A stretch of 63,696 bases of DNA, filler included, from Octopus bimaculoides (GCF_001194135.2; 7 parts of 7 records of this genome joined end to end with filler, not necessarily neighbours in it), one strand, 5' to 3'; shown: positions 40,141-55,748, counted from the first letter of the whole stretch. Notes: a model not told the origin generated them from the sequence alone. Numbers and translations are program-made.

Positions 40141-41027
40141 TATAATAATAAACTTTCCCGCTTTCACTCTTTCACGTTCCACCTCTTATTGATTCTCATT
40201 CTTTTTCTTTCCCTCTCTCTTTCTTACTCCCCCTCTCTCAAGTCCTGATTCTCCCCCTCTCTCTGATTTTGTTTCTCTCTCTCCTATACTCTTAACTCTT
40301 CTACTTTTTCTCAGCCACTCTTCGTCTTCCTATTCTCTCATTATTTTTCTCTTCCCTTCACTTTTCTACATCTCTCTCTCTCTCTCTCTCTGTCTGTCTC
40401 TCTCTCTCTCTCTCTCTTCCCCTTTCTTTCATTGATTCTTTCCCTTCGTTTCTCTCTTCTTCCCAAACGCTCTCTTCACACTTCTACATCGTATTCTCCG
40501 TCGCTATTTCCAACTCACCGATCCTCTCTCTTTCTCTCACTCATTCTCTCTCTCCTCCTTCCACCCTTGACCCTTTTTCCATCCCCGTACCTTAACCATC
40601 GTATCCCAGCCTTCTGATGACCATCTGTCCACAGCCAGGGAAGTCATCAAACAGACACAACACCAAGAACAACAACAGCGGCCATGATGACAATATGGCG
40701 ATAATGAACGACTCGGCTGCCATCTTTGATATTCATTACGAAAGATGAAATACATTTACACATGACACTCTTCACATATTGCCTTGTTCTACGTGTGTTT
40801 ACACACACATGCGCATGCGCCTGTACAACGCAAAACCCCCCCGTTCACCCATTCACTGATACATATATATTTGCACATACAGGGACACATATATTTACGC
40901 ATTTATGCATGCATATACACATGTATATACAGATAGAAAAACAGATTTATACTCACACATATAGACTCAGACGAACGCACATAAGCGCACACATGAATAC
41001 ACTCACACACGCAAATACATACACACG

Positions 41028-41059
<32 letters not shown>

Positions 41060-41060
41060 G

Positions 41061-41104
<44 letters not shown>

Positions 41105-41399
41105 NNNNNNNNNNNNNNNNNNNNNNNNNNNNNNNNNNNNNNNNNNNNNNNNNNNNNNNNNNNNNNNNNNNNNNNNNNNNNNNNNNNNNNNNNNNNNNNN
41201 NNNNNNNNNNNNNNNNNNNNNNNNNNNNNNNNNNNNNNNNNNNNNNNNNNNNNNNNNNNNNNNNNNNNNNNNNNNNNNNNNNNNNNNNNNNNNNNNNNNN
41301 NNNNNNNNNNNNNNNNNNNNNNNNNNNNNNNNNNNNNNNNNNNNNNNNNNNNNNNNNNNNNNNNNNNNNNNNNNNNNNNNNNNNNNNNNNNNNNNNNNN

Positions 41400-41437
<38 letters not shown>

Positions 41438-41889
41438 GACGAAAACAATAAGATAATAGAATGTAATAAAAAAACACACAATGCATGCATGTCCGGAGGA
41501 AGACAAAAATGACTGACATCGTTTTTATTTGTATATAAAATAAGATGCATGGAGTCACACAAGTCAGTCACACGCTATGCAGGATGTATTTCGGTCTTCG
41601 TGTGTAATTTTGTCGTCTCCCATCTGGTCATTATTGTCGAAGGGAGGCGAACGCAGTCTAGCGAACTTCGGCGATGAGCCAATGACATAAGATGGAAAGA
41701 AATTACGTAGGAGCGGGTGGTAAATATGGCGGCAGCATTTATCTTACCTAAAAAGTGTGAATCTTAATGGAAGCGGTGTGGTGGTTATGAATTGGTGTTA
41801 TTGTACAGACATACATACATACAGACAGACAGACAGACAGAGACGAATATACATGTAAGTGTGCGTATATAAACTTGTTTAAAAGTGGC

Positions 41890-42066
41890 TATAGGCGCAG
41901 GAGTGGCTGTGTGGTAAATAGCTTGCTTACCAGCCACATGGTCCCGGGTTCAATCCCACTGCGTGGCTCCTTGGGCAAGTGTCTTTTACTGTCACCTAAG
42001 GCCAACCAAAGCCTTGTAAGTGGGTTTTGTTGACGGAAACTGAAAGAAGCCCGTCGTATATATATA
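41890..42066 (+). mobile_element. 5' half of the composite SINE ending at its TA tract
   Basis: TATAGGCGCAGGAGTGGCTGTGTGG..GGGTTCAATCCC..GAAAGAAGCCCGTCGTATATA. Confidence 0.9.
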
Positions 42067-43023
42067 TGTTCTTCAGGGGTTGGAATTAACTTGTCAGAAC
42101 ACAGGGGAAATCTGTTTGATCCTTGCCAAATGGTTATTTTACAAGAATAAATATTCCCGCGTTCATTGCAAGTTTGGTCCTTTTCTAACGTGAAAACTTC
42201 GACCAAGTCCAAAACTCCATCAAGGGCATGTCAAACGATTGTGTAAAGATTCCTCTTATGTCCCTGAAGTGATGCACACTAAGTTTTCAACAGTTGTGAT
42301 GGTTTTAAGAATGGTGAGTAACAAAGTTAGTATCAGGTCACCTGCCATTTCTCCATAAGGTCTCGGAATTAATGCTGTTGGAGAGGCTGAGGGGCCGCGG
42401 GCAGTTGTTAAACCCTGGATGGTTGAAATACATAACGGAAGACCATGCGAGTTTCAGCATGACTTTCTACTTTCACCCGAAGCCCACCTAGCATGAGAAT
42501 GGACGTCAGAGATTTTTTACGATCTTCTAATGCCAAATTCTTGGTCTCAAATCTCGCCAGGTTTAAATCCCACGGACCAAGGTTTGGAGCGCAGCGGGAC
42601 TTTTACAGGTACGTGAAGGACGGAAATTTTGGAAACAACCGTTGTTGCCTTTCTGTCTATTAATTTTAGAATATTATTCTGGATCAATAATAATCTGGTC
42701 TCCTTATTGCTTTAGTTATACCGACTGATGATCATATGTATATGAATATACACATACATACATACACGCAACACACACACACATATATACATACGTACAT
42801 ACATACATACATACATATTTATGTATTTACAGATAGATAAATTACGAGATATTTGTATCATACATCCTAGCACGCACAAATATGTATAAACAAATATATT
42901 CACGTTCATATATTAGAAAACGCAAAGGATTTTCGTGCAGATATTGATAGAAGCATATAAACATCCACACACACATACACACACATACACACACACACAC
43001 ATACACATATGGAGAGAGAGAGA

Positions 43024-43089
<66 letters not shown>

Positions 43090-43379
43090 AATACAAGTCG
43101 TTTTACTATGAAAAGTAGCGAAAAGGATGTAAATATTTGACAATAAAAAAAAATAAAGGCAAAAATCACAAAAATTAAAATGAAACATGGATGAAAGGAG
43201 TGATGACAAATTAAACGGTCGCAGTGGATTATGGGAGGTTTGTGTTTTTTTTTAAAGAAAAAAAGTGTACAGTTACGCATATATTCATAAATAAATGTAT
43301 ACATACATACACAAGCATACACGAACATGTAGGAACACAGGCACACATATATATAATCTATAGGTATATGCATATGCAT

Positions 43380-43411
<32 letters not shown>

Positions 43412-43568
43412 GTTTATATAAAACAGATATAACAGTTATATACATTCATACATATACGTACATGTTTGTGTATATATGTATACATGCACGCGCGCACACA
43501 CTCACATACGCATGCACACGCACATAAATATTTATATGTGTATATATGTGTATATATGCATATATGTA

Positions 43569-43600
<32 letters not shown>

Positions 43601-44267
43601 NNNNNNNNNNNNNNNNNNNNNNNNNNNNNNNNNNNNNNNNNNNNNNNNNNNNNNNNNNNNNNNNNNNNNNNNNNNNNNNNNNNNNNNNNNNNNNNNNNNN
43701 NNNNNNNNNNNNNNNNNNNNNNNNNNNNNNNNNNNNNNNNNNNNNNNNNNNNNNNNNNNNNNNNNNNNNNNNNNNNNNNNNNNNNNNNNNNNNNNNNNNN
43801 NNNNNNNNNNNNNNNNNNNNNNNNATATGTATGAATGTACGTGCGTGCGTATATGAAAATGTGTATATATGAACACATATATGTGTGTGTGTGTGTGTGT
43901 GTGTACGGAATATTCTGGCTGGAGTATTTGTTTCCTCACGGAAGAAATCTATTATCAACTAGAGAGTTCTTAATTAGCGTCTCTCGTCAGCCTGGCAGAT
44001 CAATTCAGTGTTTGCACGCAATATAGACTTTCATTGAGACATACAGAAAGATAGTGACAGAGAACAAAAAACAGAGAATGGTTGGAAGAGAGAGCGAGAG
44101 AGAGAGAGAGTGAAGGAAATAGAGAGAGAAAAAGAAATAGAGATTGGTAGTTAGAGAGAGGGAGACAGTAAGAGGGAGGTGTGTGTGTGTATCAGAGAGA
44201 GGCTAAATAGTCAAATAGACAAAGAGGCCAAGGAAGTCTTACTTTAGCGTATCACAAGATTGTACTA

Positions 44268-44324
44268 CAAAATGGCGGCCTTGGAAGACAAATGGAGATC
44301 CTAGATCTATGTAACTCACTTCCG
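44268..44324 (+). promoter_or_regulatory. Candidate promoter/enhancer: YY1-type CAAAATGGCGGCC plus ETS-type CACTTCCG
   Basis: Two consensus-like motifs within 57 bp in a unique island between (GA)n and (CA)n tracts. Motif evidence only. Confidence 0.3.
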
Positions 44325-44353
44325 CACCAAGCTACAGACACACATATTTTAAA

Positions 44354-44463
<110 letters not shown>

Positions 44464-46684
44464 TACAGAGAGAGACACAAACACATGCTTACACCCTCAT
44501 ATCTTTCCCCTCTTTACTTTAGCCTCTTACTTTCTTTCTTTCTTTGTATGTATATTTCTCTCTCTCATTCTATGTATCTATCTATATTCTTTTGTGTGTG
44601 TTTGTACTTTTCTACGTACATTTCTATTATAAGTGAATGGTTCTAACCAAATTCTATCTTTTATATTGTGGATTTACCGCTGTTAGTAATCGCCTCATCC
44701 AGAACATAAGAAATAACGAAGTCTTACAGGATCGCTGATCCAAACAGTTTGCAAACGTTGAATGATACGAAATAATATGAAAACTCAGCTGTAAAATTGC
44801 GAAGTGTCGTTTGGGCGAATGTAGAATGTTGTAGTTCATAGGATGGTGTGTGACTTACAAATGGAATGTTTATGCTTGTGATTTTGCTTCTCCCCGTCAT
44901 TTTGAGTTTTCTCCGAAAAGCAGAGACTGGTTAGGGCATTATTTGTATAGTTTTTGGGAAATTATTTGTTTCTGAAGGAACATATTGAATTCTATGAGAC
45001 GGTTCTCTCGTCTTTGTGCTTCTATGCGCCTTGCCATATTGAATGTTATGTTATTTTTGTGTGAGAAGGGCTGCAGATTTGAAATCCAAATATTGTAGCG
45101 TTCCTGTGCTCTTGCAGAACGGATCAGTTATTGTTACCCGCGACTCCACTATGAAGACTCCTATCGCCATCACCACCACGACGACCAACAACACCGCAAC
45201 ACAACTACCTTCACTTTCTCTACCACAACCGTTACCACTAACAACAACAAAATCTTTACCACTGCCACCTTAACACGAATGCGTCATTACGACGCCCACA
45301 ACCACCACCACCACCACTACCACCACCATCATCATTATCACTGCCACTGCCTCCACCGCCGCCTATTTCAAGACTGTCAAAAGTGAAAACAACACTGCGA
45401 CTACCTCCGCCAATACCACCCATGAACATCATCACCAACATCAGCAGCAACACCAACGAGAATAGAACCACTGCAATAAACACCACTGCGAACAGCAACA
45501 CATTCATAACCGCCGCAGCCTTCACCACTTCAACCACCACCACCACCACCACCACAACCACCACCACCACCACCAACATCATCATCGTCGTCGTCATCAT
45601 CAGCAACAGCACTGCCATGAAGGCCAGCGCTAGGCACAGATGGTGTAGTTTTTAGTTACCACCAACCATTATGATGGTTAGGGGTTCCAGTTGACAGTTG
45701 ATCGACAAATGATTCGCTAATGACGGGACCAGGGATATTTATGACAGGAGTAGGGTAGGTGGGTAGCGGCCGAGGGTGGGGTAAGGAAGAAGGCTGATGA
45801 CCCGGTGATGGGTTTAGGNNNNNNNNNNNNNNNNNNNNNNNNNNNNNNNNNNNNNNNNNNNNNNNNNNNNNNNNNNNNNNNNNNNNNNNNNNNNNNNNNN
45901 NNNNNNNNNNNNNNNNNNNNNNNNNNNNNNNNNNNNNNNNNNNNNNNNNNNNNNNNNNNNNNNNNNNNNNNNNNNNNNNNNNNNNNNNNNNNNNNNNNNN
46001 NNNNNCTGTTTTTCAGTACTTACCCGCCTCTCTCTTTCTTTCTCTCTCTCTCTCTCTCCTTACTCTCCAACCGCCTGAATAAATCTTCCCATTCCACATA
46101 AGAATCACCAACACCACCGCACTCACCAGCAGCACCCGCAGCACCAGCAGCTCCACCACCAGCACACCACCACCACCACCACCACCACCACCACCACTCA
46201 ATAATCTTCACCCACCCCTCTCTTTCTCTTTGTCATCCACCTCGCTGCATCTCGTTTCACCCGCATATCATCCAAGATTGTTGTTTGCATCATAGTGCTA
46301 TTGTTGCTGTTGTGGTTGTTGTTGTATTTATACACAGTGCAAAGGGCGAACATATCAATGTGAATGACACCAGCCAACGACAACAACAATAACAACAACA
46401 ACAACGACGACGACGGCTACAACAAGGATATCAACAATATTCAAAATAACAACAGCAGCAGCAGCAGCAGAACTACGAGTGAAACAATAGCAAGGAAAAA
46501 GAAACAAAAAAAAACATTAGCAGAAGGAAAACTGATGGCAACAGCAAGAAGAACAATATTGATAAATGTAAGAGTAGCAGTGAGAGTGAGACGACACTAA
46601 TATGAGTCAAAACAATATTGTAAAGATGACAATGAGAGAATAAGAACGAAAGAATGGGGGAATGAAGGGAATAAAGAATGAAGG

Positions 46685-46721
<37 letters not shown>

Positions 46722-46946
46722 ACGAGGGAGTGGGAAGGAGAGAGAGAAAGCAAATAAGAGAAGCTGAGAAAAGCGAGAGAAGAGGGAAAATCATGGCCAG
46801 GCAATCTTTTATGAACGTCTGGACGTCGGTAACTCTCTCTCTCCCTCTATCTATCTATCGATATATATATATATGTGTATATATAGTCCGGCATTCGCCA
46901 TGATGGATCGCTAGTCACTACACATTCTTTATTTTCTCTCCTTGTT

Positions 46947-46984
46947 TCTTTCTGTGGAAGAGCGTAGGCTCGAAACGTTAAAGA
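46947..46984 (+). ncRNA. Minimal type I hammerhead-ribozyme-like fold with variant core (Penelope-like element remnant)
   Basis: Stem I TCTTT/AAAGA, core CTGTGGA plus an extra A, stem II GAGC-GTAG-GCTC, then GAAA, palindromic ACGT and cleavage triplet GTT. Confidence 0.6.
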
Positions 46985-47016
46985 CTTTTTAACAATTCTG
47001 CCAGATCGCTGGCAGG

Positions 47017-47091
<75 letters not shown>

Positions 47092-47560
47092 TTGATAATG
47101 ATAATAATAATAATGATAATAATAATAATGTTGATAATGATAATGGTGATGATAATAATAGTAATCGTTTCTTTAATTTGCTGCAAGGTCAGCAAATGCG
47201 GCGTTTGAAGGATTACAAATACGAAATAGCGTTTATTTCTATCAAATATGGAAAAAAAAAGCAGGAAAAAAGAGAAAACGACAAACATAAATATCATATT
47301 CAACGTGATAACAATGACAATCAATGACAATCATAATAGACGATGACGATGTTGATGATGATTGATAATTATGCTGCTGCTGCTGCTGCTGTTGATGGTG
47401 GTGGAGATGATGGTCGTATGGGCATAAACGAAATAGAAAAAATATATATATAAAAGGGAAAAAAAGAAGACAAGAAAGAAATATTCAGAGATGATAATTA
47501 TGAAAGTAAATCGAGTGGAATGGTCAAAGATGAGAGGGAAATATGGCGGAAAGAATAGTG

Positions 47561-47607
<47 letters not shown>

Positions 47608-48892
47608 ATATTGGCATTGGTTAATGGTGTGATTTGATCGATTGTAGTTAGGACAACATTGTTTACACACACACGCAGCATATATACATATGTAAGACAC
47701 ATTTACATACATACATACATGCATAAATATATATATANNNNNNNNNNNNNNNNNNNNNNNNNNNNNNNNNNNNNNNNNNNNTTAATTAATTAANNNNNNN
47801 NNNNNNNNNNNNNNNNNNNNNNNNNNNNNNNNNNNNNAAAAAATGTTTAACTTCTTGCATCGTTCGAGTCCTCAGCAACATAATATCTCCTCCACTATTT
47901 AAGTATTACGTGTCAAAAGTGAAACAAAAACACTCATGTCAAATACTTTCACTTTAATAATGAAACTTTTCCACTATTTCAGTATCAAAACTTACACAAT
48001 CACATTTTGATACTGTAATGACAGATACTTTCACTTTAATGGTTTCATTTTAATACTGAATCTACTACAGTGAAACTATACTCTCACATATATACAGGCA
48101 TACATACATATATACATACATCTCACATATATACACGCATACATACATATATACATGCATATAGTTAATTTACACTGCATGCAAAAATACAGACATACTA
48201 TATACGGTACTGTATTAAACACATCCACACAAACATCTACACATACATATACATACCTGACGACTGACATGCTTGAAGTGCGGGCTGGCCAGTGTCAACA
48301 CACACACACATCTACACATACATATACATACCTGATGACTTGATTTTTTTTATTAACCACATAGGGTTGAAACACAGAGGGGACAGCACAAGAACAGACA
48401 AAACATAAAAGTAGGGAAAAAATAAAATCGAATGAAAAGAATGGTAATGATAAATGAAAAGGTGAAATGACTTCTACTCGAACCCCAAACTCCAGTTAAC
48501 GTCATTGAACGTTTTTAGAAATAAATTTTATCACATGTTATTTTATTTTTGTCTCTTTCTCTTTGCTGTGTGTTGCTTGTGTTATATACTCAGTCGAAAA
48601 CAGACATGCATGAACTGCTGTCTGGCCAGTGTCAATACGAAATTTTATTTTCATTTCCATTAAAACAATACACATTTACTGTTCTATTACGAGTTAATAA
48701 TTATCGCAGCAATTGCAAGGTAAAATATTAAATTCTTTGTCTCTCTGTAATAATTATTGTGGTATTTACCGTTAAATTAGCAGTTCCATACATGTGCTAT
48801 TTCGTTCATTTGCTTATATTTCGTTAATTTATATTGCATACAAAAATACGGACATATACATACAACTGTTTACAAAAATAGAGATTAATGTA

Positions 48893-49123
48893 TCGGGTTG
48901 TCCAGAAAGTTCGTGCCGATTTACAGTAGCTTACCTTTCGACTTACTTGCCATGAAACCACCTCAATTCTGGGAAGAGGTTATTTTCAAGTTAAAGAAGA
49001 GATGGAGGCGCATTGTGTAACAAAATGGTTCATATTTGGTTGATTAAAAATGTAATGGCAAGTATTTATTGATCTTTTTTCTTTTTCCTTTAAAAATCGG
49101 CAGGAACTTTCCGGACAACCCAG
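48893..49123 (+). mobile_element. 231-bp mariner internal-deletion derivative (mini-element) with TA TSD
   Basis: TIRs TCGGGTTGTCCAGAAAGTTCGTGCCGATTT and AAATCGGCAGGAACTTTCCGGACAACCCAG, with TA on both sides. The interior encodes a mariner C-terminus, KPPQFWEEVIFKLKKRWRRIV*QNGSYLVD*. Confidence 0.9.
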
Positions 49124-49164
49124 TATATTTTTTCAATGTTCATAATTTTTTGTTTACAGTATTG

Positions 49165-49680
49165 AAAAAATATGACACCAAAGAAAAGACGTGTTTCTCT
49201 CTAGAAACAGGTATAAAGCGAGGACGATTGCTGAAAACCGAAGGCGTGTGTCTCAACAGGGAAAGGAGATGAGACTTTCTCAGGGTCAGCAGATGCATGC
49301 TGCAGCACGTCAAACGAAGTCTCAAGAGAGAAAGGAGATGAGATTTTCCCTAGATCAGCTAAGGCATGCTGCAATACTTAATGCTGAGTCATTAGAACAA
49401 CGTTTAGCACACTATATTAAACAGATGCCCAATACAATATAGCTCTCAGAAATAGACCACAGGCAAACTCATTTTTCACAACACCAGGAGCTGCTTTGAG
49501 ATATGATCCATCCCAGCCTTATAAAAACGATAATTCTGTACAAATTGGTGTGCTACACTCAAATTGTCGTTTCTGCAAAGCTTTCAAATTTCCAAATGAA
49601 ACTAGTGGCATGTGCTGCTCAGGCGGTAAGGTAAGATTGCCAGCACTACCAGCTCCTCCTCAACCTCTTTCAACAGTTCA
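49165..49680 (+). mobile_element. Helitron Rep-Hel N-terminal fragment (zinc-finger region)
   Basis: RYDPSQPY..VQIG..CRFCKAFKFPNETSGMCCSGGKVRLPALPAPPQPL is the typical Helitron CxxC..CC.GKV motif. Confidence 0.9.
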
Positions 49681-49864
49681 CTTCCTCGTCACCGTCTCCC
49701 ATTGCAGCCCTTTTCCAGAATGTACCAATTTACGTACAGAGAGACAGAAAGATATCTATATAGATATCTGCAAGCACACATATATACGTGTGTATGCACT
49801 ATTATGTAGGCCTGCATACTTATGTACTTAAATCCATACGCATACACACATTTATGCGTATATA

Positions 49865-50607
49865 CAAGGTCCGCCAAAAGTAACTATATATTTTTATTTC
49901 AACATGATAAATGTAACATAGAAGAAATAAGCTACTACAATAGAGAAAGTAACACAGGGTACACTAAAGTTTGTTGCAACATAAAACGTGATGTTTATTA
50001 AAGCTCCGTGTGCTCTCCGTGGAGCTCAATGAACTTTGCTAATCTTTCAGGAACTGAGCGGCATACTTTGGCGCACAGCTCCAACGGCACTTGAGCAATG
50101 GCCGCTCGAATTTTTTCCTTAAGTTCAGCAATGTTGCGGGGCTTTGTTGAGTAGACTTTCTCCTTGAGAACGCACCACAGGAAAAAGTCGGGTGGGGTCA
50201 AATCCAGCGAACAAGACGGCCACTCAAGCGGTTCTCGCCTGCCAATCCATCGACAGAGCAGGTTGGCATCCAGCCAGTTTCGCACAAGCGTAGCATAATG
50301 GGCTGGTAGCCCGTCCTGCTGAAAGTACAGACCCTCTGCTTCATCCTGCTGTTGTAATAACGGCAAAAGCAGCTTCTGTAGCATAGCCAGATAACTTTGT
50401 GCAGAACCATTTCAAAACCGCAATCTTTTGCTCTTTTGTTAATCGGGTGGACATAATCGATATAACAGTACATCTGAAATAAGGGAAGAAAAAAGAAATA
50501 AAAATATAAGATTTCAGCTTTCAAATGACATATGAATTAGAAAATTGAATAAGTATCAACAAAGTTACAAGTAAAAGAAAATATATAGTTACTTATGGCG
50601 GACCCTG
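49865..50607 (-). mobile_element. 743-bp internally deleted Tc1/mariner element, DD41D type (rosa/Visitor-like), TA TSD
   Basis: TIRs CAAGGTCCGCCAAAAGTAACTATATATTTT and AAAATATATAGTTACTTATGGCGGACCCTG. Transposase N-terminus MSTRLTKEQKIAVLKW is joined to FQQDG, 41 residues, and DFFLW. Confidence 0.92.
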
Positions 50608-50689
50608 TATATGCACACACACACATACATACACACAAAACTGCCTTTATTTGTGCTCAAGAAAACTCACTTCAGTGATGCCCAAATGT

Positions 50690-51720
50690 GTAAATTTTAA
50701 AACTATCACCAACAGCAGAAGTTCTATTTTAAACTACATGTATTGTCTGGAATGAATGCATGGTGGCGCACCATGGTGCACTAGAAGCCCTAGCTAGGTC
50801 ACTAAAACAATTCCGCCATTATGGGGAGCTTAAATGTTGTCCTCGCGGGGTATTTCTGTCAAATATAACACCTATGCATGTATGAAGTCTTCACCTCTGA
50901 GGAGATTTGTTCATCAGCTTTCATTAAGCAACAATATGCGAGCTCATCTCTACAACCTCCCCTTAGCTGAGGAATTCTTTCATCAAGTTCTACAAACTGG
51001 AAATGGAGCCTTTACAATGTGGGCACATGGTGTCTGCATTTGGCCGAGCTTGAAAAAAAGGTATTTCCCACATTGCAAGACAACTTCAAAAACACAGCAT
51101 GGTTTGCAGAGAGAGCTATTTTAGAACCTCAGAATGAAAACATTGATAAAGTAAACCATGAACTCTTCCACATTCTACCTGCAGATGCTTCAATGTTTGT
51201 CTCCATTGATACTACCATCGATGAACATGCTACTGTTGAGTGTCTAGTTGAATTTCTCAACCCTCTATGACCCACAAGACTGCCACTGCATTAGTTGTTC
51301 CTAAAAAAAAGGTACACCTATCATGCTCTTGAGGAATTTGGACCCACCACGACTATGCATTGGTACAAGATTGACTGTAACTACAATGACAAGTCATGTC
51401 CTACAAGCAACCATTATTGCTGGCTGTCATAGAGAGATCGCATACATTCCCCACATGCCCCTTATTCCCGAAAATGTGTCATTTCAATTCAAGTGCCTCC
51501 AGTTCCCAGTGTGATTGTGCTTTGCTGTGACAATCTACAAAGCCCAAGTCAAACTTCAAAAATTGTGGGTCTTTATTTACAAATACCCTGCTTTTCTCAT
51601 GGACAACTATATGATGCATGCTCTCCAGTTAGCAGTGCAGATCACTTGTATATCTATTCTACCAACACTTGACTTACGCAAAACATAGTTTACCTAGAAG
51701 CAATGTCAGCTTCACTTAAC
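50690..51720 (+). mobile_element. Helitron Pif1-like helicase C-terminal region; pseudogenised
   Basis: IVWNECMVAHHGALEAL, VVLAGYFCQI, ERAIL.P.NE.ID.VN, GTPIMLLRNLDPPRLC.GTRL, QFPV*LCFAVTI.KAQ, FSHGQLY.ACS and NIVY.E. Confidence 0.92.
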
Positions 51721-51985
51721 ATATGTTGAAGTGTGCAGTCTGCCCAAACATTACAGAAATGATGCTTTCCACAATGAAGCAGCTTTCTTTCCATGTACCC
51801 TACTTTCTGCAATACAGATACCTCTACAAGCTCATATGTCATCCAACTGATAAATCCATAAGTCTAGGTCATTTTGGAGGCTATGTTAGGATTTCATTCT
51901 AATCTAAGCTGCTATTCTACATGTTTTTGGTGTCAACAATTTCAGCATTGTTTCTCACAAAATGACCGGAAAACATGTTTATAAA

Positions 51986-53108
<1,123 letters not shown>

Positions 53109-53124
53109 GTATATATTATATATG

Positions 53125-53163
<39 letters not shown>

Positions 53164-53924
53164 GTATATATTATATATGTATGTATGTATATATATATAT
53201 ATGTATGTATATGTGTGTATATGTATGTGTGTGCATAAATGTATGTATGTATAAGTATATATATATGTATGTGTGTATGTATGTATGTATGGGTGTGTGT
53301 GTGTGTGTGTGTAGATATGTGTATATTTGAGTTTTGTCATCTCAGTTTATATAACTTAATTTACAAAATTGATTATTAGTAGCCCAGTTCTGAATTGCTT
53401 CATTTTAGTGCATATTCTTGTAGTTATTGTTAAATTTATCATTATACTAGTACTTAATGTTAATTACATATCACAAATAAGATGCCTTCATTATACTAAA
53501 TGAATGGATGCATAAATACATTTATTTCATTTATTAATTAATTGATGATAATCATAATAGTAATAATGATAATAATGAATAGTTTCATTTGACTTACGAA
53601 ATAAATTTAATAACCAAAATAATAATTATTATAGTATTGTGTAGTTTATAAATTGTATTCTTATTGCTACAATGGTGTTTGTTACTTCTGAAGGTATTGA
53701 TAGAGTTTGGATATGTACTATGTATGGTCCCACATTTTGTAAATAATAATATTGATTAGTTCATCGAGAACAGTCCTTATTACTTGTTTGGTTTATATTA
53801 ATGATTTCTATTGATTCACTAAAGTCTCCCTTCCATAATATGCGAATAACAATCATTATTTAAGTCATTTCAAATCTGGTTACCCCTAAAAAATTAGTAA
53901 ATTTAAATTTGTGTATACATATTA

Positions 53925-54075
53925 TGTGTTGTGGTAAGTAGCTTGCTTACCAACCACATGGTTCTGGGTTCAGTCCCACTGCGTGGCACCTTGGGCAAGT
54001 GTCTTCAACTATAGCCTCGGGCCGACCAAAGCCTTGTGAGTGGATTTGGTAGACGGAAACTGAAAGAAGCCCGTC

Positions 54076-54119
<44 letters not shown>

Positions 54120-54332
54120 GTGTATATGTTTGTGTGTCTGTGATTGTCCCCCCAACATCGCTTGACAACCGATGCTGGTGAGTTGACGTCCCCGTGACTT
54201 AGCGGTTCAGCAAAAGAGACCGATAGAATAAGTACTAGGCTTCCAAAGAATAAGTCCTGGGGTCGATTTGCTCAACTAAAGGCGGTGCTCCAGCATGGCC
54301 ACAGTCAAATGATTGAAACAAGTAAAAGAGTA
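53925..54332 (+). mobile_element. Young, nearly full-length composite SINE
   Basis: Very close to the 19118 copy, with internal (TA)n and tail AAACAAGTAAAAGAG. Confidence 0.92.
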
Positions 54333-55389
54333 TATATATATATATATATCTATGTTGGTATGTATATAATATTTATATGTATTTATGTACATATTATATA
54401 TATGTATGTATGTTTGTATTTATTTATGTATGTATGTATGCATATATGTATGTATATGTGTATGTATGTATGTATGTATGTATGAATGTGTGTTACGTAT
54501 ACATAGATATATATTCACATATAATCTTAGATCTTGGGAGGGCGATCATTTAAAAATGTTTTTCTGATTTTTACCTTGTAACTTTAAACTCGACGAAGCC
54601 CTTTATTTATACATTTGTACCATTAATAAGCAAAAAAACTAATGAAACCTATTTGGTATTTGAATAAACCTATTATACAATTTTAGAATGACAACACATT
54701 TTGAGATTTAGGTGCATTTACAAACTCTGAAACATATTCTTTCATATATATATGTATGCACCTATGTATGGATGTATGTAAAAGTGTGTGTGTGTGTGTC
54801 TATTATTATGATATACATATATATGTTGTGAGAAAGAGAAAGTTGAGGATAGAGAGCGTTGTATGTGTTTGTAAATATTTACATGCTAGTGGAAGTGCAT
54901 GTTTAGATGCATATGCATGTGTGTGTCTGTGCAATGTATGATTGCAGCCATACAAAATAGAACTTGAACTCTCAACCAAAAGATTTTGTGATAACCAAAG
55001 AACAGAAATTATTTATTTATCTGAAAGTTAACCACCATTTCCTTCTTATGTTTTGCAGAATCAGATAATGATGATAGGAAATTAATCGGAAGCTTTATAA
55101 ATTATTTTTCTTTAGGACATCCAATAGTAGAATGGATTTTATTGATTCTTTATAAATCATTCTCATTCTTTGGCCCAAAGCATGAAACTCTATTAATTAT
55201 TATCTAAGAATTTCATTTACAATATACTTTGTAAATCTGATATCTGCTGTTGAATAGCTTCTGTATCATTATCACAACAAGATAAAAAAACACCCACAAA
55301 AACTAAAAAACATACGGCTTTGTGTATAGTTCTAATATGTAGTTGATACCTTGATCCAATCAGCCTCTATTTATTTATTTATTTGTTAC

Positions 55390-55748
55390 TTTTTGTCTTT
55401 TTCTTGCTTCAGTCATTTGACTGTGGCCATGCTGGAGCACTGCCTTGAAAGGTTTTAGTCGAACAAATCGACCCTAGGACTTATTTCTTTTAGCGTAGTA
55501 CTTATTCTATTGGTTTCTTTTGCCAAACTAAGTTACAGGGATATAAATGCACCATCACCGGTTGTCAAGCAGTGTTGGGGGACAAACAGACACAAAAACA
55601 TGTACATACATACATACACACACACAAATACGATGGGCTTCTTTTAGTTTTCATCCAGCAAATCCACTCACAAGGCTTTAGTTGGCCCAAGGCTATAGTA
55701 GAAGACACATGGAACCATGTGATTGGGAAACAAGCTTCTTACCACAGC
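55390..55748 (-). mobile_element. Old composite SINE with internal deletion and heavy CpG decay
   Basis: Aligns to 3805-4222. Many CG sites appear as TG or CA. Confidence 0.85.
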
